NCBI GenBank assembly: GCA_964647015.1 | Contig: CAZYGM010000001.1 | Span: forward strand, 1-56,204 | From: an uncultured Planctomycetales bacterium | Lineage (GTDB): Bacteria; Planctomycetota; Phycisphaerae; UBA1845; Fen-1342 | Direction of reading: 5' to 3' | Length of the DNA: 56,204 nucleotides | Shown: one piece after another, positions 37,741 through 47,530 of the stretch | Layout: the number at the start of each line of letters is the position of its first letter | How positions within the stretch are numbered: position 1 is the stretch's first letter | Made by a program: the position numbers and the translations under genes | The notes under the pieces: model-generated | Databases searched by the model: none | What the model was told of the DNA's origin: nothing | Seen by the model: the letters and a program-made list of their open reading frames with translations, nothing else

Positions 37741-37814
37741 GCGCCTGTAGCTCAACTGGACAGAGCATCGGTCTTCGGAACCGAGGGTTGGGGGTTCGAA
37801 TCCCTCCGGGCGCG
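37741..37814 (+). tRNA. tRNA-Arg (anticodon TCG)
   Basis: 74-nt cloverleaf. Acceptor GCGCCTG/CGGGCGC, D-arm GCTC-AACTGGACA-GAGC, anticodon arm TCGGT-CTTCGGA-ACCGA, variable GGGTT, T-arm GGGGG-TTCGAAT-CCCTC, discriminator G. No encoded CCA. Confidence 0.9.
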
Positions 37815-38148
37815 CTTGTAAGTCTTCTTCCCGAAACGAGATAGGGCGGCCGGGCCAGCGGGCAGGCTGCGTGTGTAACTCGTTTTGTTGCGCCGGGTGG
37901 GGTCTTCCGGGAGAGCGGCGCCGCGGCGCGGCGGGCGCAGAACGAAGGCCGGGAATCCCGCGGACATGACTCCCGGCCTGGTGAATGGGTCTACCGCCGG
38001 CCCGGCATTGCTCACCGGGGAGCAGAAGGAGACCCAAATCATTCTGTGCTTACTCTATCCTAGCACTCACGCGGGCTTCCGCAAGCAGCGTGAGACTGTG
38101 ATCGGTACGGGCGGCCGTTCCTGAGTCGTGCGGCCCCAGGGCCGAACA

Positions 38149-38949
38149 TCAGTAGATGTGCGTGCTTTCCGTCTCCATGACAGGCGTCTTGATCTGATCA
38201 CTAAGCAAGCTGACGTGGAAGCGGCTATCGCCCTCCTTGGTGCCTTTGATCGTCACGGTGAAGACCGCCTGGGCCTTCGGCGCGAGTGTCGCCAGAGGGG
38301 CGAACTTGACCGTCCGGCCGTCCAGCTTGCCCGCAGTGGCGCCACCAGCCCTGACGAACTCATGTTCGTCGGGCAGCGTGCATTCTACCAGGATGCCCGT
38401 GCCGATCGCGGTGCCCTGGTTCGTCACAGTAATGGTGTACGTGACTTGGCCGCCGATCTCGATCGGATCGGGGTCGTCCACGCACTCCAGCAGAATCGCC
38501 GGGATGCCCTTGACCATGAACTCGCACGAAGCTTGCGCCTCGGCACAGTAGGTGACTTTGGCCACGTTGCGCACGGTGGTGATCTGATTGCAGCGTGCCT
38601 TGATCTGCAGGGTGCGGCTTTGGCCCGCGGCCAGGGTGCCGAGGCGCCAGATGATGTTGTTGCCCTCGCGCTGCCCGCCGTGGTCGGCGCTGTGGAACTC
38701 CACGCCGGTGGGGAGGTTGTCGGTGACCACCACGTTGAGCGCCGGTCCCGTGCCGCGATTGGTTACAGTGAGCTCAAAAGTGGCATCGCGGCCGACGTAG
38801 CGCAGGTCGGGGCATTTCTTGACTAGTTCGATGTGCGGTGCGCCGTCCGTGGCTGTGCTGGGCGGCGCGGCCTCATCGGTCTGTGCCGCACACAGCAGGC
38901 CTGTGAATAGTGCGATAGTTACCGTAGCCAGAACGCCGTGAAGTTTCAT
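38149..38949 (-). CDS. Secreted DUF11-repeat protein, OmcB-like (2 repeats)
   Basis: Signal peptide present. Two DUF11 cores (ATFELTVTNRGTGPALNVVVTDNLPTGVEF and VTYTITVTNQGTAIGTGILVECTLPDEHEF). The C-terminus ends ...DSRFHVSLLSDQIKTPVMETESTHIY. AGGAGG 8 nt upstream of the ATG. Confidence 0.85.
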   Translation of the reverse strand: MKLHGVLATVTIALFTGLLCAAQTDEAAPPSTATDGAPHIELVKKCPDLRYVGRDATFELTVTNRGTGPALNVVVTDNLPTGVEFHSADHGGQREGNNIIWRLGTLAAGQSRTLQIKARCNQITTVRNVAKVTYCAEAQASCEFMVKGIPAILLECVDDPDPIEIGGQVTYTITVTNQGTAIGTGILVECTLPDEHEFVRAGGATAGKLDGRTVKFAPLATLAPKAQAVFTVTIKGTKEGDSRFHVSLLSDQIKTPVMETESTHIY

Positions 38950-39094
38950 GAGAAGGTCCTCCTATTCGTGGATGAAAGCTGACATGGTACTGCCCGTCAC
39001 AGGACCGCGCGTCGCACCCGGGCAAGCCAATGCCAAGCCCGGTCCGCACCGGACCCAATCCGCCCGGGCGGAACTTGTCGGCGCGCGGCGTTGA

Positions 39095-40597
39095 TCAGTA
39101 AACCTGCGTGCTCTCCGTCTCCTCGACGGAACTGGTGGTCTGGTCGCTATTCATGCTGACTTTGAAGCGCGCGTCGCCCTCCATTACGCCCTTGGCCACC
39201 ACTTGGTACAGCGCCTTGGCCTTTGGCGCCAGCGATGCCAGCGGCCCGAAGCGGACCGTCTTGCCCGCCGCGCTGACCGGTGCGGGCCCGGTGGCCGATA
39301 CATACTGCAGCTCTTCCGGCAGCGTGCAGTCAATCGTGATGTTGGTGCTCGCCGCGGAGCCCTGATTGGTCACCTCGATTGTATAAGTGACATTGCCGCC
39401 GATCTCGATCGGATCGGGATGATCGACCACTTCCAGCAGGATGGCCGGAATACCCTGGACATGCAGAGTCGCGGCCGCCGAGCCGCGGGCACAATACGCC
39501 TGCGCCATGGCGGTGTTCCGCAGTGTGCCGATCTCATTGGGCTTAATGGTGAGCCTGACGGTCCGCGAAGTCCGCGGCGCCAGGGTGCCGAGGTTCCAGG
39601 TCACCGCGCCGCCGACAAGCTGACCGCCCTCTGCGCTGACCAGCTCGACCCCGGGGGGCAGCGGGTCGGTCAGGACCGTGTCCCGGGCCGGGGCGTCACC
39701 GGTGTTCTCCACGGTGATCTCGAATGTTGCCGCCCGACCGAGATAGCGCACATCCGGTCCGCGCTTGCTGACCGCCAGGACCGGCTGCCGCACTATGGTG
39801 GTCGTCGCGGCTTCGGCCGTCAGTCCGCTGTCGCCCTCCGCCCGAGCTCGGTTGTGATACGTCCCGACCCCAAGGGCCTGCACCGTAACCGCGAACCGGC
39901 GCGACTGGCCCGCGGCGAGGTCGCCGGCATCAAGTACGAAGCTGGTCCGGCCGTCCGGCGTCGACCAGCCGTCCGGCAGCGCGTCAGTGATGCGCACGTT
40001 CCTGATGACGCCGGTGCCGGAGTTCGAAACGACGAATTGCAGCGGGATCGGGTCGCAGGTGAGAACTTCGCGCGGCGCGGACTTAGTGAGCGCAAGCTGC
40101 GGCTCAACCACGTTGACGCTCGCACACCAACCGGTGCTGAATGTGACTGCGCCACACAGCCAGAGCGGCTCGGTCCGGTCCGTCGAACCCTGGACGCGGA
40201 TGAGTTCCGTGCCGCCCGGGGCCAGCGCGGCCCATTTCCACGTGCCACGCCCTTCGGCATCGAGCACGGTGCGCGGGGCGGTTGCCCGAACGCTGAAGCC
40301 GGTGGGGAACAACTCAGTAAGCACGAGGTCCCGCACTTCGAGCCGGGTCAGATTGGTCAACCTGATCTGGTATGCGAAGTCCGTGTTGGCGCGAACCTCA
40401 GCCGGGACAAACCGCTCCAGCAGAATCACGCTGGTCGCTGGGTCGCCCGTCGGGTAGGCCACGGCGGTTCGTACCAGCGCCGCGCCGCCGGCCGGGGGTG
40501 CCGATGCTCGCTGCGCCGGTGCACTCGGAGGAGTGCTGCCGAGCAGCAGAAGTGCAGTGACTAGCGCCGCCGGGCCCGGGTGCCGTTGCACTGTCAT
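39095..40597 (-). CDS. Secreted DUF11-repeat protein, OmcB-like (4 repeats)
   Basis: The ATG at 40597 (GGAG 7 nt upstream) gives the signal peptide MTVQRHPGPAALVTALLLLG.... Four DUF11 cores. The last ~227 aa are paralogous to the neighbouring genes and end ...EETESTQVY. Confidence 0.85.
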   Translation of the reverse strand: MTVQRHPGPAALVTALLLLGSTPPSAPAQRASAPPAGGAALVRTAVAYPTGDPATSVILLERFVPAEVRANTDFAYQIRLTNLTRLEVRDLVLTELFPTGFSVRATAPRTVLDAEGRGTWKWAALAPGGTELIRVQGSTDRTEPLWLCGAVTFSTGWCASVNVVEPQLALTKSAPREVLTCDPIPLQFVVSNSGTGVIRNVRITDALPDGWSTPDGRTSFVLDAGDLAAGQSRRFAVTVQALGVGTYHNRARAEGDSGLTAEAATTTIVRQPVLAVSKRGPDVRYLGRAATFEITVENTGDAPARDTVLTDPLPPGVELVSAEGGQLVGGAVTWNLGTLAPRTSRTVRLTIKPNEIGTLRNTAMAQAYCARGSAAATLHVQGIPAILLEVVDHPDPIEIGGNVTYTIEVTNQGSAASTNITIDCTLPEELQYVSATGPAPVSAAGKTVRFGPLASLAPKAKALYQVVAKGVMEGDARFKVSMNSDQTTSSVEETESTQVY

Positions 40598-40705
40598 CGT
40601 CCAGCTCCATTCCGCCTCGCGCAGGGACAACCGGCGCCCGGTGAGGCACACGGCAAAAGGGGGCACCGGGCGGTTAACCCAGTGCCCCGCTTGTCTGGCA
40701 ATACG

Positions 40706-42982
40706 TCAATAGACGTGCGTGCTTTCGGTTTCCTCGACCGGCGTTTGCAGCACGTCGCTGGTCAGAGTCGTCCTGAAGCGCAGGTCACCCACCTCCAGGC
40801 CCCTGACGACCACCTTGTAGACGAGCCTGGCCTTCGGCGCCAACGACGGCACGGGTGCGAACCGCACGACCTTGCCGTCCACAGTGGCGCGCGTCGGACC
40901 CTCGCTGGAGACGTACTCCTGCTCGCCCGGCAGCGTGCACTCGATGACGATGTTTGTGTCATCGGCAGTGCCCTGGTTGGTCACCGTGATGATGTAAGTC
41001 TCGAGGGCACCGACCTCGATCGGGTCCTCGACGTCGATCACCTCGAGCAGGATGGCCGGCACGCCGACGATCGGCATGCTGGCTTCTGCCCGGGCCTCGG
41101 CGCAATACGCCTTGGCGACAGCAACGTTCCTGACGGTGCCAGGGGTGACAGACCGCAGAGTGACAGTAACCTTCTTGGACGCCCCGGGCTGCAGCGTGCC
41201 GAGGTTCCAGGTAACGACGCCGTTGGCGAACGCGCCGCCATCGCTGGCCTCCGTGAACTCCGTGCCGGCCGGGACGGTGTCCGTGAGAACAGTGTCGCGG
41301 GCCGGGGCATCACCGGTGTTCTTAACGGTGATTTCGAAGACCGCCGGACGGCCGATGTAGCGGCGCTCCGGCGCCTTCTTGGTGACTTCCAGCTCGGGAC
41401 TGCTGACCACCGTCGTGCACGCCGTTTCGGCGGTCAGATCGTTGGCAGCCGTCGCGACGACCTTGTTCTCGAACCGGCCGGTCCTGCTGGCCTTCGCCGC
41501 AATGCGGATCTCACGCGACTGACCCGGCCCGAGATCGCCGACGTCGGTGGTGACGGAGCGTTCGCCGGACAGGGTCGTGATGCCGTCCGGAAGCGTATCG
41601 ACCACGCGGACCCGGGTGGCCGGGCCGTCGCCGGTGTTGCGGACGACGATGACGTACTCGATCGGGTCGCAGAGGGTCACCGTGGCCGGGCAGCGTTTCT
41701 CAATCGCCAGTGCCGGGGCGGTGACGACCGTCGTCGCGCAGCAGCGCGTGGCCAGATTCAGGTCGCCACGCACGTCGACGCAGTTTTCAAACCGGCCCGT
41801 GTTGGTGGCCTTGACCTGGATGCTAATCGCCTTGGACGAGTTGCTGCCGATGGTGCCCAGCGCCCAGGTCAGCGTCTGACCGCGTGCCTCGGCCGCCGGG
41901 CTGCTGGAGACGTAGCTGATGCCGGCCGGCAGGTTGTCGGTCACCACGATGTTCTTGGCGTCGACCTCGGACGGGTTCGATACGCTGATCTCGTAAGTGA
42001 ACTGCTGGCCGGCCAGCGCTGCCGCCGGCGCCATCTTGTTGCACGCGATCCGCGGGCCGATCCACGTCTTGGCCGTCTGGCCCATGGCGATGTGAACCGG
42101 TGGCTCACAGCACTCTTCTCTGCCGAGCCGCCAGACGTCGATCGAGATGTTGTTGGTGCCTTCGGCCGGCTGAACTTGCTTGAGCGTGACCTTGGCAACG
42201 CCGCTGCCGTCCGTTCTCACAACCGCCGTCGGCTGCCCGCCGGGCTCGAATACCGCGGCCGGACCGTCGACGACCCGGTAGGTAACCTCATAGTCAGCCA
42301 GTGGCGTGCCGTCGGAATGTTTGGTGATGACGGTGGCGAAGTCGTGCGTGGTGCCGATCGGATTCGTGGCCGGCGGCGGGAACTGCCACCGCACATCATA
42401 CCAGTGCTTGGTCGCGAAGACCTTGTGGTTCTCCCAGTTATAAATGCCAGGAGCATAGACGATGACGTGCGTGTCGCCCTCGATGGGCGAGGTGATCGTG
42501 CACCACGTCTGGCCCGGCTCCAGGTGCACGTCGTCGGACGGATCATCCGTCCCGCGGTCGAGCACGCGTCTGAAGTTGTTAGTGTGCGAGACTGCGTAGC
42601 GCGACGTGACCTTGTAGCCGCGACTCGCGCGCCAGCCGCTCTCATCAACTTCCACGATGTCGCCGACGCTCCCTTCGGCCAGGGTCCATTCCACCCGGCG
42701 GTTGGGCAGGGGCTTGCCATCCTTGTCGCGCACGGTCGCCACGAGCACATGCTGCGTCCGGACCGGATTCACCGCCTCGACCGGGACAACATCGAGTGAC
42801 ACTGCGTAAGGATCCCAGTTCTGGTAGTACCCTCCTTCCGGCGGCTTCGCGTGTGTGTACTGCACGTTGCCGCCCGCCGGCCAGGTGAACGAGTGCGGCA
42901 TGTGATTGCGACACCCTGCCGCAACCGTCAGTGCCAGCAGCGCCATCACGAGAGTTCGAGTACGGATCGCCCGTTGCAACAT
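40706..42982 (-). CDS. Lipoprotein with N-terminal Ig-like region and 4 DUF11 repeats, OmcB-like
   Basis: The ATG at 42982 (AAGGAG 6 nt upstream) gives MLQRAIRTRTLVMALLALTVAAGC (lipobox). About 300 aa with Big_1-like segments (VATVRDKDGKPLPNRRVEWTL), then four DUF11 cores. Ends ...EETESTHVY. Confidence 0.85.
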   Translation of the reverse strand: MLQRAIRTRTLVMALLALTVAAGCRNHMPHSFTWPAGGNVQYTHAKPPEGGYYQNWDPYAVSLDVVPVEAVNPVRTQHVLVATVRDKDGKPLPNRRVEWTLAEGSVGDIVEVDESGWRASRGYKVTSRYAVSHTNNFRRVLDRGTDDPSDDVHLEPGQTWCTITSPIEGDTHVIVYAPGIYNWENHKVFATKHWYDVRWQFPPPATNPIGTTHDFATVITKHSDGTPLADYEVTYRVVDGPAAVFEPGGQPTAVVRTDGSGVAKVTLKQVQPAEGTNNISIDVWRLGREECCEPPVHIAMGQTAKTWIGPRIACNKMAPAAALAGQQFTYEISVSNPSEVDAKNIVVTDNLPAGISYVSSSPAAEARGQTLTWALGTIGSNSSKAISIQVKATNTGRFENCVDVRGDLNLATRCCATTVVTAPALAIEKRCPATVTLCDPIEYVIVVRNTGDGPATRVRVVDTLPDGITTLSGERSVTTDVGDLGPGQSREIRIAAKASRTGRFENKVVATAANDLTAETACTTVVSSPELEVTKKAPERRYIGRPAVFEITVKNTGDAPARDTVLTDTVPAGTEFTEASDGGAFANGVVTWNLGTLQPGASKKVTVTLRSVTPGTVRNVAVAKAYCAEARAEASMPIVGVPAILLEVIDVEDPIEVGALETYIITVTNQGTADDTNIVIECTLPGEQEYVSSEGPTRATVDGKVVRFAPVPSLAPKARLVYKVVVRGLEVGDLRFRTTLTSDVLQTPVEETESTHVY

Positions 42983-43890
42983 CTTTGGCTCCTTATGTTT
43001 CTGTTCCACACTTCACATGCACCCAGATATGTATGAGACCGTGATCCCACGGTGCCAGACAAGCAATGACCCAGCGGTCGCTTCACGCGCTGCAATCGCG
43101 GGGGACCGCACACGGCGCTGCGACGGCCACCGAAAGCTGGACCCGACAGCGCTTTCCTGCACAGACCCTGATGCACAAATGCAGCAGATGCGTCCAACTG
43201 AGCCGCTCAACATGGGCAACATCACTCCGCAGATGATTCGGTGCGACAACCATGGCGCACGGTGTGACCGCTGTTCCGCGCGCCGCTTGCCCACAAGATC
43301 GCCGCAGTCGTCTGCTTGTTTGCCGCCAAGACTGGCTTGGCAAGTCAGCTGTGCGATACATCCGAGTGCCGACTCCACCAAAAGTGGAAAACGCGCCACC
43401 CGGCAACTGCAGCCGCCTGTCAGAGACTGGCGCCACCGCAACACCGCCTGCCACGGAGCATAAGCCAATCTGTACGAACTGAACGCGCCGGCACTCGCCC
43501 AAGTCAGCCGACTCGCTCACGTGCGTTGCCCGCACCTACCAGCCCACGCGGCTGGCGACCATAAACGCCCGACATGTACAGGTTAAGCTTAGCTTGCGGT
43601 AGCAGTCCCTTCAAGCCGTGCAAGAGCCTTACCCGCATTTTTCGACGATGCAACGTATCTGTGCCTTCACCAACAGCACTGTGACATCGGTACGCGCAGA
43701 AGCGGCCCGCCCCTTTATCCACACCACCCGCCCGCATGTCGCGAGTACCCCGTCAAAACAGCTAAACTGCCGTCCTGGAGCTACTTGCGGCACAATCCAC
43801 CCGCGGCAACTCGACGTTTTAAGCAGTTTGCCAAGTGACGGCGAACCGCCAGCACCACGCCAAACCCAGCCATCGCTGCACTACTGCGGC

Positions 43891-45063
43891 TCAGTCATCC
43901 ACGTGGGCATTTCTCGGCGGAACCCACAAGACCATACCCTCACGGATGCTGTCCGGATCACGTATCTGATCACGGTTGACGTGATAGATCTCCTCCCAGC
44001 GCGCCGCGTCCCCAAGCAGACGTTCCGCGATGCGCGTCAGCGTGTCGCCGCGCTGCACTACATAGGGCCTCATCGGCGGCGTAGTCGCCACACGCGCCGG
44101 AACAGTCGTCGGTGACTGGGCCGCCGCGCGGGCCTCCGGGCCAATGCCCGCCGGCGGCTGCGCCCCGGCCCCGGCTTCCGCTTGATCCCCGTCGCTGCCG
44201 GCACGCGTCTCCGGCGCCAAGTCCGCGGCAGGTAGTCGTGCACCGCTGCGCGCTGCGGCGTCAGTGTTCTCCTGGGGCACTGCATCCGGCGTACTTTCAT
44301 CCGGCCAGGCACACGCCATCCAGTACTCCGCCAGCCATTCCTGAAGAGCCGCCAATCCGGCGTCGGTCCAGAAGCACTCGGCGGCCCGGGCAACCGCATC
44401 TTGCGGAGCAGCGCCATCACCTGGCTCGACCACAGGCGTCCGCGCTGCTGGTCGGCGTCCCGGCGGAGCCGCGCTGGACGCTGCGGACACAGCCGCGGCA
44501 GGTGGGCCCGCGCCTGGCGGCGCCGGGGCCCGAGGCGGCTCCGCGACGGTGCGTGGCGGCGCGACCGGAACAGGGCGCTGCGCAGCCACCGCCCGTCTGG
44601 GCTCGGGCGGCACGGCGCACGATGCCTCTGCCAGGCACTCGCCGGCAACCGTGTACACACGAAACGTGGCCGACACCGGTCGACTGCCCGGCCGCGTTGG
44701 CAATGCCGTCAGCGGGATTGCAAGCGGAAGGTCCTTGAAGGTGGCCGGTGATTCTGCCACAAGGATGGTTCGGCTGGCCGCCACGGCGCCGGATCGGTTC
44801 TGATAGCGCCCATCCGCCGATCGGACCGGCCTGTCCGCCGCGTCATGCAGACTGACTTCGTATATGAGCTCTTCGCCAACCAGGCCCTCAGTATCAAGCG
44901 TGACCGTGAAAGCCAGCGCGCCGCGGTCCTGACCGTGCTGCACGCGCTGACATACGGGATCGGTGAGCCGGGCTTGTTGCAGGGCGCACCCGCCCGTCAG
45001 GCTCAGCAGCACACCCCCGCATCCCCACAGAAGGACTCGTCTCATGCGCTCGCGTCTGGGCAT
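43891..45063 (-). CDS. LysM-domain lipoprotein
   Basis: The ATG at 45063 (GGAGG upstream) gives ...LLSLTGGC (lipobox). There is a long Pro/Ala-rich linker and a C-terminal LysM domain: YVVQRGDTLTRIAERLLGDAARWEEIYHVNRDQI. Confidence 0.75.
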   Translation of the reverse strand: MPRRERMRRVLLWGCGGVLLSLTGGCALQQARLTDPVCQRVQHGQDRGALAFTVTLDTEGLVGEELIYEVSLHDAADRPVRSADGRYQNRSGAVAASRTILVAESPATFKDLPLAIPLTALPTRPGSRPVSATFRVYTVAGECLAEASCAVPPEPRRAVAAQRPVPVAPPRTVAEPPRAPAPPGAGPPAAAVSAASSAAPPGRRPAARTPVVEPGDGAAPQDAVARAAECFWTDAGLAALQEWLAEYWMACAWPDESTPDAVPQENTDAAARSGARLPAADLAPETRAGSDGDQAEAGAGAQPPAGIGPEARAAAQSPTTVPARVATTPPMRPYVVQRGDTLTRIAERLLGDAARWEEIYHVNRDQIRDPDSIREGMVLWVPPRNAHVDD

Positions 45064-45654
45064 GTCCTGCCTCCATCCTGGCCTGCGGGTGTCTGCGTAA
45101 CCTGTCGGCTGCCGCCAGTACCGCACACGTTTGGCCGCTGTTGAGACGCCATCCTGACGGCCACATCCCTGGCAGAGCCGCGTGCGACACGCCGGCAAAA
45201 CCACCTAGATAGCGCAATCATAGTCCACCGACCCGCTCTCGGCGAACAAGGACGGCAGCCGAGGCAGCCGAAGCCGGCCTCGGCGTCTGAGTAACTCCTG
45301 CCGAAGCAAGACGGATGCGGTTCCGTTGCCTCGCGGTCGCCCAGCGCAGCACCGGAGCGGATCTTCATCCAACTGAATAAAGAGGCCCCCGGACGGCCGG
45401 ACGCCTCAGAAGCGCCGTGCCATCGGCCCCGGTACACAATGGTGTCCGACCAAGCCGACACGCGACGAGCCAAGTCTCGCCGACCGCGCCTACGAGACCC
45501 GTCCGGCTGCTAACATCCGAATCTCAACGCCCGAGTTCAGCACCAGTGTGCTCACGGCGGCGCGCCTCCGTGCATGCCGAGCGAACACAATCGCCACTCC
45601 GTCGCAGACATACACGCTGGACAATACGAGCGGCCCCCGCTTCGCGCTGCTGCG

Positions 45655-46620
45655 CTACTTGTGCTGGATCTCGGTCCAGTGCTGCAGCGCCGTGTAGTAG
45701 GATGGGTTCAGGTCGTTCGGGAATTCACCTTCAAACGAATCCCCCACCACCCGCACCGGCGGGCTGTTCGGATACCAGTTGCCTTCCCGGAACGGATCGG
45801 GATAGTCCGGCCCGACGTTCTTCGGCTCGCCCGGATACCACAAGAAATGCCGCGCGGTGTCTACCGGGCCCACGGAGTCGCCGCGCCGCTCCGCCGCCAG
45901 GTCATAACGCACGGTTGCCACGTGGCCGTCCTGGAACAGTATGTTCGCACTAAGGTGCGGATGACGCAGCCAGGCAACCGTGTTGTCGTACTGCGTCGGA
46001 TTGTTCCAAGTGCCGTGCAGCAAATAGTCGCCGCTGAGGTTGTAGATATACGACCACGACGCGTCCGCCGCCAATACACGCTGCGCCGGCGACTGCATGT
46101 AGTTCCAGAACACGCGCCCTCGGCTGTCCCCCGGCGGCGCGAACCTCGGCTGCCAGCGCCACCCACCGGCCGACAGCGGCACGCCGATGCCATAGCTGTA
46201 ATCAACGCCCGCATCAGCACCCGCACCGGGGTAGTAAACTCCGTGGAAACTAGCGCGGGCCTCATTCATGGCGTCCGGCCTGCGGTCCGCCGGGCAGTAG
46301 CCGGCCTCGTGCGACCCGAACAACTGCAACTGGACGAGCACGTCTATCCAGGTGTGCCGTGTGGGGCCGTCCCCGTCGTCCCACAGCGGGTAGAACCCGT
46401 CGTAAGTCGTGGCGCAAGCCTCCAGCGCCAGCGCCAATTGCTGCTGGTTGGTGGCACAACGCAGGCTCCGTGCCTGCTCGCGTGCCAAATACAGAGTCGG
46501 AACCGTCATCGCCAGCAGCAGACTGATCACCCCCATGACAACCAGCAACTCGGCCAGGGAGAATGCACGCCGCCCCCTCCTCCCCGTTCCGGGACAGGCT
46601 GTTAAGGTCTGACCGCGCAT
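45655..46620 (-). CDS. Prepilin-type N-terminal methylation-domain protein (DUF1559-like pseudopilin)
   Basis: RRAFSLAELLVVMGVISLLLAM prepilin cleavage/methylation motif. C-terminal HPHLSANILFQDGHV resembles the H-X9-DG motif of planctomycetal DUF1559 proteins. Confidence 0.8.
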   Translation of the reverse strand: MRGQTLTACPGTGRRGRRAFSLAELLVVMGVISLLLAMTVPTLYLAREQARSLRCATNQQQLALALEACATTYDGFYPLWDDGDGPTRHTWIDVLVQLQLFGSHEAGYCPADRRPDAMNEARASFHGVYYPGAGADAGVDYSYGIGVPLSAGGWRWQPRFAPPGDSRGRVFWNYMQSPAQRVLAADASWSYIYNLSGDYLLHGTWNNPTQYDNTVAWLRHPHLSANILFQDGHVATVRYDLAAERRGDSVGPVDTARHFLWYPGEPKNVGPDYPDPFREGNWYPNSPPVRVVGDSFEGEFPNDLNPSYYTALQHWTEIQHK

Positions 46621-47530
46621 CGGAGAAATCCGATCACGCCAATGATTCGCTACCGGCTAACGAAACGCTCCATCGTTCTGCTGCTTGTGGGCTATCTGCA
46701 CACCGATACGCAGACCCCACGAGCGCGCCCACGCTCCGTGGCGCTCTTGGAACCGCAATATGCACACGGCTCTTACACTTTCCTACGTTTAGCATATCCG
46801 GCCTGACGCAGAATGCAAGCCAAGTTTGTCCGCGGTCCTCATCCATTTTATCGGCCAACTGGGCCCGGGAGTATCTAATATTCTGCTCCGCAGCGTCCCG
46901 GCGCCACTGGCTTATAGGACGTGCAGGTGCCGACGTGCGCACGGGCCGGTCTGCCGCCGTCCACCCGCCTCGTTTGCCGGACCAGGCGATGCCGGATTAA
47001 GACAGATTCGCCCTCTGATTGCCCCGTAAGCTCGTAATAGTAGTATCCTCAATGACTTATTGTTGGACTTCCAGTTGGGCCGCTCCGTAGGCCGGCGCGA
47101 CGAATCATGATCACGTGACGGATTGTCGCCGCCACCGCGTGCAGTTCTTGCGCCCCGGCACGCTTCCGTTGACATTACGATACGCAAGCTCTAACTTGGC
47201 TCCTGTTGCACCTGCCAGGCGCCCGATCAGTAGCCTGATGACGTGGCGTCGCCGTTGCGGTTTGCGTGCGGTCGGGAAAGGAGATCTCTTGGGTCGCCAT
47301 TATGTGCGAGCCGAGGGGGTTTGCCTGGTGTGTCACCACGCGCGCCAGCCGCAACGCGGTTTCCTGGTTGCTCACCAGAAACAACCAAGCCAACCGACAG
47401 CGAACGGCCACATCGCCTGCGCCGGCAGGGAGATTTAAGGGAAGTCGCCTAACCGTGCGCGAAAACGGCTGCGCGCCTGCCATCGTCACGGCGCGTCGGC
47501 CGCGCGGCTGCCGAATCACGCAGCGCGCTA

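Noticed and set aside
39203-42799. 453-aa and 739-aa plus-strand ORFs (39203..40564 and 40580..42799)
   Set aside because: They are antisense to the DUF11/OmcB-like genes. Those minus-strand genes have SD sequences, signal peptides and repeated domain signatures, which the plus-strand translations lack.
43013-43468. Cys-rich 151-aa minus-strand ORF immediately upstream of the OmcB-like genes, tempting as an OmcA-like small Cys-rich partner
   Set aside because: It has no signal peptide or lipobox and an Arg/Ser/Trp-rich composition. Its third-position GC is lower than in the real genes here. It is more likely a spurious ORF in a non-coding leader.
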